From positions 4,601-68,600 of the forward strand of contig PMSU01000071.1 in assembly GCA_003168255.1 (NCBI GenBank): 64,000 nt of DNA, in the 5' to 3' direction. Origin of the DNA: Actinomycetota bacterium. Its GTDB lineage: Bacteria; Actinomycetota; Actinomycetes; Streptosporangiales; Streptosporangiaceae. Within the stretch, counting starts at the first letter, position 1. The number at the start of each line of letters is the position of its first letter. The translations under genes were made by a program, and so were the position numbers. Positions 57,571 to 64,000 of the stretch are shown here, in pieces. The notes below the pieces were generated by a model that saw only the letters and a list, made by a program, of their open reading frames with translations, ran no database searches and was not told where the DNA came from.

Positions 57571-57663
57571 GGAGGCGTCAGGGTGCCTGGTGGCCCCCCT
57601 GGTCTTCAAAACCATGGGACGGCGCGCCGCGTCGTCGGCGGGTTCGATTCCCGTCCGCCTCCG
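57571..57663 (+). tRNA. selC: tRNA-Sec (anticodon UCA at 57606-57608)
   Basis: GGAGGCGT acceptor 5' strand pairs with CCGCCTCC (7 of 8 pairs). 6-bp D-stem (GGG[T]GCC/GGCCCC) with 4-nt loop TGGT. Anticodon loop CTTCAAA, a long GC-rich variable arm and T-arm CGGG-TTCGATT-CCCG. Discriminator is G and CCA is not encoded. The layout parallels E. coli selC. Confidence 0.85.
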
Positions 57664-57710
57664 CAGGTATCAGAACGTTGCTCGACCTGGAGGAAGCACG
57701 CCTGCCCGGC

Positions 57711-59909
57711 TCAGGGGACGGAAACGACCGGCGACCCTAGGCATGCGCTGGTCGGTGCGGACGGGCCGGCCGGCAGCGTTCCCTCATCCGGCAGGGTGCC
57801 GGCCAGCGCGTAGTGCGTCAGCCCCGAGGTCACCTGCCCGGTCACCGCGGTGCTGGCGGCCGCCGAGTTCTCGAAGTAGTCCGCGCCTGGCGGCTGCCGG
57901 AGCGGTTCGCCGAGGTAGGTGAACGGCGTCGAGCCCGCGCCCGTTCCGGCCGGGTTGGACCAGCCGCAGGGGTTGGTGAACAGGCCGTTGAGGGCGGCCT
58001 GCCCCACCACGAGCAGCAGGTCTTTGCCGCCGGTCAGGTCCGTCCAGGCACTGCTGAAGGTGCCGGTCAGATCGGCAGTGGGAAGCGCGAGGCGGCGGGC
58101 GATCTTGGCCGCGGTCGCCATGCTGGCCGAGTCGGCGGCATACAGCACGATCGGCTGCGCTGTGGGCAGGCTACCGCTGGCTGCCGCGACGCTGACCAGT
58201 TCGAACGTCTCGGCTAGCTGCTGCCCGCCCGCGGTCGCGGTGACCGGCAGGTCGTACCGGCCCTGCGGCGCCGATGAGCTGGCGGCTACCCGCAGCGTGA
58301 CCGTGACCGGGTGCCCGGCCTTCACCGGTGCCGAGCCGTTGTCCGGGGATACGGTCAGTCCGGTCGGTGCCTGCACCTGCCAGCCAACCGTCGAGCTATG
58401 GCTGCCAGCATTGCCGAGGACCAGCCGCACGGTGGCGTGCGCGCCTGGGGCCACGGTCACGGCGTCCGGGTGGCCGAGCACGTGGGCGGCGGGCGGCTGG
58501 GGAGCAGAGCTCAGGCCCGCCACGGCGCCGTTGATGACGTCGTTGTCGACGTCCACGCTGGCGCCGCCCCAGGTCTCCACGTGGGCGCTATAGTACTGAT
58601 GGAGCCGCTGGTGATCGGCCCAGTCCTTATCCGGCAGGTAGGAGTCGGTCAGCACCGGGTCGCCGGTCCAGTCCGCGATCCAGATGTCATCTGGCGAGGC
58701 GTAACCGGGCTGGCCGTATTTCGATGCCAGGTCGGCGATCCCTGACGCGGCGCTGCTGTACACGCCGCTGACATAGCCCGCCGCATGCAGGCCCTTGGTC
58801 CAGCCGGCCAGGAAATCAAGCACGGCCTGCTTGCAGGTGGTGTTGGCGCTGTCGTACCCCTCCATATCGAAGTAGATCGGCGTGCTCGCTGCGTAGCCGA
58901 ACCCGGCGGCGGCAGCCACGGCGCTCGCCGCTTGCGACTGTCCCTGCGCGGCCGCCTTGGCGGGATTGATCAGGACCGCCCCCGGAATGGTCGAGCATGG
59001 CGCCTGCGGCCCGAGCCAGATCGGGATGAACTGCCAGCCTTCGGCGGCGACCTTGCTCACCCAGGACTTGGTGAAGTTGCCGTAGGTGCAGGCCCAGTTG
59101 TCCCCGCCGAGGTACGTGCCCGCCACCCGGAACGGTGCGTCCAGCCAGTCGGTCATCGTCGCCGCGGACGGGGCTGTGCAGGTGTCGAAGCCCAGCCCGC
59201 TGCCGCGCTCGCCGACCAGGCTCTGTGCGGCAGGGCTGTGCCCGGCCGGCGCCGCCGCGGTATCGCGTTCCGCTGCGGCGCCGCGCGCCGCTCTGCGCGC
59301 CGTCGCGGGCCGCAAGCCTCCCCCCGCGCCCGCACCCCCCGGGTGAGAATCGGCGGCCGAGCTGACATCTCGCAGCCGCGCGCTGGCCAGGATCCCGCGC
59401 ACGAGGGCTTCATTCGTGCCGTAGGTCGCGGTCACCTGCACGCCAGCGGCAGGCAGCGCGATCGACAGCGCGTGGCTGGCAGCATCCTGCGCGGCGGCCG
59501 CCCCCGTCGGCAGGCTCGCCGACCCAGCACCGCGCAGCACCGCCGTGCCCGGCGGCAGGTTGCTCAGCGATCCGAGCGGCTGAACGAGCAGGGCCTCTGT
59601 TTTCCCGAACGCACGCGCCGGACAGCGCTGGTCGGCTCCAGGATTCCCCAGGTAGACCGCGTGCCGGTTGAACAGGACGCACCGGGAAGTGCCGGCCGCC
59701 AGCCGGTAGACCGGCCACGAGGCCGGCACTCGCAGCTGATAGCCGCGATAGCTGACGATCCGGCCGGAGCCCGGGATGGCCCAGGAAGCGGCCGGGTCTC
59801 CGGAAGCGGCCGGGTGCCGCGATGCCGAGGCGAGAGCCGCGCAGGGGAGCGCGAGCAGCAGAGTGCTTGCGGCTGCGCAGACAGCCGCCACCGTCCCGAA
59901 TCGACCCAT
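57711..59909 (-). CDS. secreted DUF1906 (Rv2525c-like glycoside-hydrolase-like) domain protein with extra N- and C-terminal domains
   Basis: Signal peptide (..LLLALPCAALASA). The central GFDTCTAPS..AGTYLGG..YFDMEGY..GVYSS pattern is typical of DUF1906. GTG 59927 is an alternative start. Confidence 0.7.
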   Translation of the reverse strand: MGRFGTVAAVCAAASTLLLALPCAALASASRHPAASGDPAASWAIPGSGRIVSYRGYQLRVPASWPVYRLAAGTSRCVLFNRHAVYLGNPGADQRCPARAFGKTEALLVQPLGSLSNLPPGTAVLRGAGSASLPTGAAAAQDAASHALSIALPAAGVQVTATYGTNEALVRGILASARLRDVSSAADSHPGGAGAGGGLRPATARRAARGAAAERDTAAAPAGHSPAAQSLVGERGSGLGFDTCTAPSAATMTDWLDAPFRVAGTYLGGDNWACTYGNFTKSWVSKVAAEGWQFIPIWLGPQAPCSTIPGAVLINPAKAAAQGQSQAASAVAAAAGFGYAASTPIYFDMEGYDSANTTCKQAVLDFLAGWTKGLHAAGYVSGVYSSAASGIADLASKYGQPGYASPDDIWIADWTGDPVLTDSYLPDKDWADHQRLHQYYSAHVETWGGASVDVDNDVINGAVAGLSSAPQPPAAHVLGHPDAVTVAPGAHATVRLVLGNAGSHSSTVGWQVQAPTGLTVSPDNGSAPVKAGHPVTVTLRVAASSSAPQGRYDLPVTATAGGQQLAETFELVSVAAASGSLPTAQPIVLYAADSASMATAAKIARRLALPTADLTGTFSSAWTDLTGGKDLLLVVGQAALNGLFTNPCGWSNPAGTGAGSTPFTYLGEPLRQPPGADYFENSAAASTAVTGQVTSGLTHYALAGTLPDEGTLPAGPSAPTSACLGSPVVSVP

Positions 59910-59972
59910 GATGCGCTCACTTCCCACGGCGAAGCAGACATCATCAAGCTACCCGGGTAATGGTTATCTCAG

Positions 59973-60957
59973 CTACCCCGTTCCTCGCCGAGTGGGCTGG
60001 GCAGCCCGCACCGATTCGCTGCCGTAGGCCAGCCGGACCCATGCCTGCCCGGCGCGGGCATGCTTGCGCACGTTGGCGAGCGCCTCCTGGCACACCCGCA
60101 GCAGCACTACTTCGGCGCTTGCGGGCAGCGACCGCACGTCGCCGCTGACCTCGAACGTGGCCGCCAGTTCGTGCTCGGCCCCGGCCCGCTCGGCCAGCCT
60201 GCGCAGCGCTTGGTCAAGGCTGCCCGATACCAGGTGCGCCGGGATCAGCGCGGCGACCAGCCCCCTGGCCTCGGCCAGGTTCTCCCGCGCGGTCCTGGCC
60301 GCAATGCCCAGGTAGCGGCGTACGGCATCCTCGTCCCCGCCCGATCTCCGGCTCTGCCGCCTGGATCAGCATCACGATGCTGGTGAAGCCCTGCGCGATC
60401 GTGTCGTGGATCTCGCTGGCCAGCCGCTGCCGCTCGGCCAGCACGCCCGCCTCCCGGTTCACCGCGGCCAGTTCCGCCTGGGTCGCCTCAAGCTGCTCGA
60501 TGAGCGCCGCCCGGTCCTTGCTCTCGTTGATGATGCCGGAGATCCAGCTGCCGAACACGACAGAGAACGCGATGCTCAGCGCCGCGACGCCGACCGCATC
60601 GGTCAGCACCTGCCCGCGGGAAGCGCCGGTGACCACGAGCGCTGGCACCGCGACGGGAATCGCGTTGAAGGCCACGACGAAAGCGACGGCACGGCGGACC
60701 GACGATGGAGCCAGGAAGCACTGCCCCGTGGCCAGGATTCCCCGCCCGTAGGCGACGTACCAGCAGCCCATGGCCAGCAGCGCCAGGCTGCCGACCACCT
60801 TTGCCGCAGCCGAGGCGCCGGTGTCGGTCTGCACGATCGCCAGCGTGACCGCCAGCACCACCGCGTAGTACGCATTCCAGAAGACGGCACCACGATCCCA
60901 GGCGTGGCCCCGCGTCCCGGCCACGCCTGCCGGTCCGGCCGGCGGGCTCGGCGTCAT
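59973..60957 (-). pseudogene. NarL-type (HisKA_3) sensor histidine kinase, frameshifted and 3'-truncated
   Basis: TM helices, then H-box ERQRLASEIHDTIAQGF. At the C-run 60335-60338 the frame shifts. The -1 frame continues GDEDAVRRYLGIAARTARENLAEARGLV...EALANVRKHA (N-box). Similarity ends near 60000 before any G1/G2 box, with a stop at 59973. No response regulator follows. Confidence 0.7.
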
Positions 60958-62199
60958 CGTGCCTCGTCGCGGCCCTGCCAGCGGAACGTTCTTACGCACA
61001 CCACCAAGCTAACGACTACCCACGCCCCGAGCACCAGGGCTATCTGGCCGCGCTGCCACGAATGCGTCGGCTCGACCGCCAGCAGGCTGTCCGGCAGGAA
61101 GACCGAACGCAGCCCCTGGCACAGCCACTTCAGCGGAAAGACCGCGGCCACGTCCTGCACGGCCCTGGGCAGGCTGCCGTATACGAAGTACACCCCGGAA
61201 ATGAACGAGAGCACCAGGTAGGGGAACTGGAACACGGCGGCGGCGCTCTGCCCGCTGCCCGCGATGCCGCTGACCGCCACACCGAGCAGCGAGAAGGCCG
61301 CCACGCTAAGCACGAACAGCCAGGCCAGCGTGAACCACCTGGTGGCCGTGTCCGGCAGGCTCAGGCCGAGGAACGCGACGCCGATCGCCAGCAGGATGGC
61401 GGTCTCGCCGCCGTAGCGCTGTGCGAGCTCGGCGATCACCCGGGCCGGCGTGTCGGTTCTCGTGCTGTGCCTGCCGCCCTCGGCTTGCCAGCACACCGTC
61501 GCCGTCGCCTTGTCCCGGCCGCCCAGCTCGGCCGGGGTCCCGGCCGCCCGGATCCGGCCGTCGGCGATCACCACCACCCGGTCGGCGAGCGCCTCGGCCT
61601 CGTCCAGGTAGTGCGTCGTCAGCATGATCGTGGTGCCGTCGTGCGAGAGCCCCGAGATCAGCTTCCAGAACTGCCGCCTGGCCTCCGGATCGAAGCCGGT
61701 GGTCGGCTCGTCAAGGAAGAGCAGCTCGGGGCGGCCCACGACGCCGAGCGCCACGTCCAGCCTGCGGCGCTGGCCGCCGGAGAGCTGCCGCAGCCTCGCC
61801 CCGCTTTCTCGGTGAGGCCGACGGCCGCAAGGATCTCGTCGGGGTCGCGGCGCCGCGGGTAGCACGAGGCGTAGTGACTGATCATCTCGTGCACGGTGAG
61901 CTCGCCGGACTCGGTCCCCGATTGGAGCACGATCCCGATCCGCGCTCGCCATTCCCGCCCGGCGCGCCCGCCGCGTTCGGCCCGCGCCGGATCCGAGCCG
62001 AGCAGCTCACCTCGCCCGCGTCTCGGCTCCGATAGCCCTCGCAGATCTCGACGGTGGTCGTCTTGCCGGCGCCGTTCGGGCCGAGTAGGGCGAACACCTC
62101 CCCGCGGTGTACGTCCAGGTCAATGCCATCAACGGCGGTCAAATCGCCGTATCGTTTGCGTAGCCCGCGCACCCGCAAGGCCGCCTGTGTTTGTGCCAT
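60954..62199 (-). pseudogene. ABC-2 transporter ATPase with two frameshifts, fused by an internal deletion to the C-terminal half of its permease
   Basis: Frame A (from ATG 62199) reads MAQTQAALRVRGLRKRYGD..GPNGAGKTT..DAGEV. Frame B reads ELLGSDPARAE..IGIVLQSGTESGELTVHEM..GLTEKAG. Frame C reads ARLRQLSGGQRRR..LLFLDEPTTGFD..AELAQRYGGE, running straight into permease helices TAILLAIGVAFLG... The shifts lie near 62008-62011 and 61799-61802, and the deletion junction near 61403-61406. Confidence 0.7.
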
Positions 62200-62369
62200 G
62201 GCCTGATCGTCTCGCCGCGGCAGCAGGCGGCGCGCCGGCGGAACGGTCATGATCGGTGTCAGCCGTTCGGTTGACGCCGCGAGCGGAGGCGGCCTCTTCG
62301 ATGCGAACGCGCCACGTAGTCTGGGGGGGTTGCAGGATTGATGTGACTCCAGGTGAGGAGGTGTCAGGC

Positions 62370-63359
62370 GTGCTGTCCGATTCGTACGGCCGGATTGCGA
62401 CCGACCTCCGCGTCTCCCTGACCGACCGGTGCAATCTGCGCTGCACCTACTGCATGCCGGCCGAGGGTCTGGACTGGCTGCCGAAGGCGGACCAGCTCAC
62501 CGACGCCGAGGTGACCCGGCTAATCGGGGTCGGGGTCGAACGGCTCGGCATCCGCGAGGTCCGCTTCACCGGCGGCGAGCCGCTGCTGCGCCGCGGCCTT
62601 GTCGGCATCGTCGAGCGCACGGCCCGGTTCGCGCCGCGTCCCGAGATTTCGCTGACCACCAACGCGATCGGCCTGGCGCGGCTGGCCCAGCCGCTGCGGC
62701 AGGCCGGCCTGGACCGGGTGAACGTGTCCCTGGACACGCTGCGCCCCGACACGTTCCGCGAGCTGTCGCACCGGGACAGGCTGCCCGACGTGCTGGCCGG
62801 CCTGGCCGGGGCGGCCGCGACCGGGATCACGCCGGTCAAGGTCAACGCCGTGCTGATGCGCGGCATCAACTCCGACGAAGCACCGGCGCTGCTCCGGTAC
62901 TGCCTGGAGCACTCCTACGAGCTACGGTTCATCGAGCAGATGCCGCTCGACGCCCAGCATGGCTGGCGGCGCGAGAATATGGTGACCGCCGAGGAGATCC
63001 TCGCCGATCTGTCCGCCGAGTTCGTCTTGAAGCCCGATGACCCCGCCGCGCGGGGTTCGGCGCCGGCTGAGGCGTTCCTCGTTGACGGCGGCCCCGAGCG
63101 AGTGGGGATCATCGGCTCGGTGACCCGTCCGTTCTGCGGCTCGTGCGACCGGGTACGGCTGACCGCGGATGGCCAGGTGCGCAACTGCCTGTTCGCCCGG
63201 ACGGAGAGTGACCTGCGTGCCCCGATGCGGGCAGGCGCCAGTGATGCCGAGCTTGCCGAGCTGTGGCGGCTGGCCGTCGCCGCCAAGCTGCCCGGGCACG
63301 GCATCGACGACCCGTCGTTCCTCCAGCCAGACCGGCCGATGTCCGCCATCGGCGGCTGA
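62370..63359 (+). CDS. moaA: GTP 3',8-cyclase MoaA (radical SAM)
   Basis: GTG 62370 lies 9 nt after GAGGAGG (62354-62360); GTG 62343 is an alternative. CNLRCTYC radical-SAM motif, FTGGEPL and C-terminal CGSCDRVRLTADG cluster motif. Confidence 0.9.
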   Translation: MLSDSYGRIATDLRVSLTDRCNLRCTYCMPAEGLDWLPKADQLTDAEVTRLIGVGVERLGIREVRFTGGEPLLRRGLVGIVERTARFAPRPEISLTTNAIGLARLAQPLRQAGLDRVNVSLDTLRPDTFRELSHRDRLPDVLAGLAGAAATGITPVKVNAVLMRGINSDEAPALLRYCLEHSYELRFIEQMPLDAQHGWRRENMVTAEEILADLSAEFVLKPDDPAARGSAPAEAFLVDGGPERVGIIGSVTRPFCGSCDRVRLTADGQVRNCLFARTESDLRAPMRAGASDAELAELWRLAVAAKLPGHGIDDPSFLQPDRPMSAIGG

Positions 63360-63424
63360 GCCGGTTGCACCACCCGGCGGGTCGCGCCGAGCCTGGCGCC
63401 GGCTCACCGGGCGCGAGTCGGGCT

Positions 63425-63595
63425 GTGCACCGTTCGGAGGGTGGCGGCGCTGGCTCATGGCGTGATGTCCAGGCAATGCGCCGTTCGGAGGGCGGCGGCG
63501 TCGGTTCATCGCGCGATGTCCAGGCAATGCGCCGTTCGGAGGGCTCCGGCGTCGGCTCATGGCGCGCGAGTGGGGGAGTGCACCGTTCGGAAAAT
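63425..63595. repeat. 51-bp tandem repeat, about 3.3 copies, between moaA and mobA
   Basis: The anchor CCGTTCGGA recurs at 63430, 63481, 63532 and 63583, exactly 51 bp apart. Copies diverge by a few substitutions. The last copy supplies the probable mobA start. Confidence 0.85.
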
Positions 63596-64000
63596 TCTGG
63601 TCTTGTCGATGCGATTGTCCTAGCCGGGGGCCGCGGGGCGCGGCTAGGTGGCGCTGACAAGCCAGCGCTGCTGGTGGGGGAGTGCAGCATGGTTGCGTCG
63701 GTCGTGTCGGCCGCGTCGGCCGCAGGGGCACGGCGAGTGGTCGTGGTCGGCCCGCCCCGGCCGGAGCTCGCGCTCACGGCCGGCGACCTGCGGGTGGTAC
63801 GCGAGGACCCGCCGGGATCGGGGCCGGTGCCTGCCGTGCGTACGGGCCTGGCTGAGGTCAGCGCTCCGTGGGTCCTCGTGCTCGCCGCCGACCTGCCGTT
63901 TGTGCGGGCCACGCACCTGGGTGCCCTGCTGACCGCCGCCCAGGCCGTTGGCTCGTCTGGCCCGGCGGGCCTGGACGCTGGCTCGGCGGGCCTGGACGCT
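63578..64000 (+). CDS. mobA: molybdenum cofactor guanylyltransferase MobA (partial, runs off the right edge)
   Basis: Not in the track because it has no stop in the window. The frame from GTG 63578 reads VHRSENSGLVDAIVLAGGRGARLGGADKPALLV...EDPPGSGPVPAVRTGL..WVLVLAADLPFV. The LAGGxxxRxGGxDK signature is present. The same frame stays open upstream through all repeat copies. Confidence 0.7.
   Translation, partial: MHRSENSGLVDAIVLAGGRGARLGGADKPALLVGECSMVASVVSAASAAGARRVVVVGPPRPELALTAGDLRVVREDPPGSGPVPAVRTGLAEVSAPWVLVLAADLPFVRATHLGALLTAAQAVGSSGPAGLDAGSAGLDA

Noticed and set aside
57664-59972. Integrated mobile element at the tRNA(Sec) 3' end
   Set aside because: No integrase or recombinase is present. 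No direct repeat of the tRNA 3' end was found near 59930-60060. The single gene present (DUF1906) has normal GC content.
62200-62369. Molybdenum-cofactor (Moco) riboswitch upstream of moaA
   Set aside because: There are small hairpins (GTCAGC..GTTGAC, GCCGC..GCGGC). I cannot match them to the Moco motif from memory, and the region overlaps the pseudogene 5' end. An Infernal scan with the Moco model would settle it.
63425-63595. CRISPR array
   Set aside because: The 51-bp units are directly contiguous with no unique spacers. They are partly degenerate and lie in-frame with mobA, and no cas genes are present.
62922-63731. Minus-strand 269-aa ORF with 17-aa repeats (PPNGALPGH.AM..RR)
   Set aside because: It is antisense to moaA for half its length and merely reflects the 51-bp tandem repeat. 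Its composition is Pro/Arg-rich and it has no start context.

Overview
High-GC, densely coding chromosomal segment of Actinomycetota type, with about 60 genes and no transposase, integrase, CRISPR array or rRNA. Most of the long Arg/Pro/Gly-rich ORFs in the track are off-frame or antisense shadows of real genes. Left to right: (1) a gamma-glutamylation-type amine catabolic cluster (SDR, aldehyde dehydrogenase, glutamine-synthetase-like ligase, APC permease, divergent GntR/FadR regulator with a palindromic operator candidate). (2) A frameshifted NHL-repeat gene, an SGNH hydrolase and a PadR regulator. (3) A translationally coupled ECF sigma / zf-HC2 anti-sigma / ABC ATPase / two membrane-protein operon. 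(4) An AT-richer islet with an NHL relic and a small secreted PPC-domain protein. (5) glmS with a small upstream ORF, a lipoprotein and a YceI protein. (6) A complete actinobacterial suf operon (sufR-B-D-Rieske-C-S-U-T). (7) An SseB-like gene, an eRF1-like acVLRF1-type peptidyl-tRNA hydrolase and an ABC-F gene preceded by a 14-codon uORF plus a terminator-like hairpin. (8) A small HTH protein, a crotonase and an ABC exporter. (9) secA2 directly downstream of a sulfotransferase, then a GH15 hydrolase. (10) An Ssu/Tau-type ABC importer behind a 508-bp structured leader. (11) fdhD and a three-subunit formate dehydrogenase whose catalytic subunit carries an in-frame TGA (selenocysteine) followed by a SECIS-like hairpin. 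selA-selB-tRNA(Sec) lie about 6 kb further on. (12) A DUF1906 secreted protein and a decayed ABC-2 transporter/histidine-kinase module. (13) moaA and a partial mobA separated by an in-frame 51-bp tandem repeat. I did not find a convincing wholly new multi-gene system. The best leads are the selenocysteine recoding locus, the acVLRF1/ABC-F translation-stress neighbourhood with its candidate attenuator, the sulfotransferase-secA2 pairing and several unexplained repeats and palindromes.
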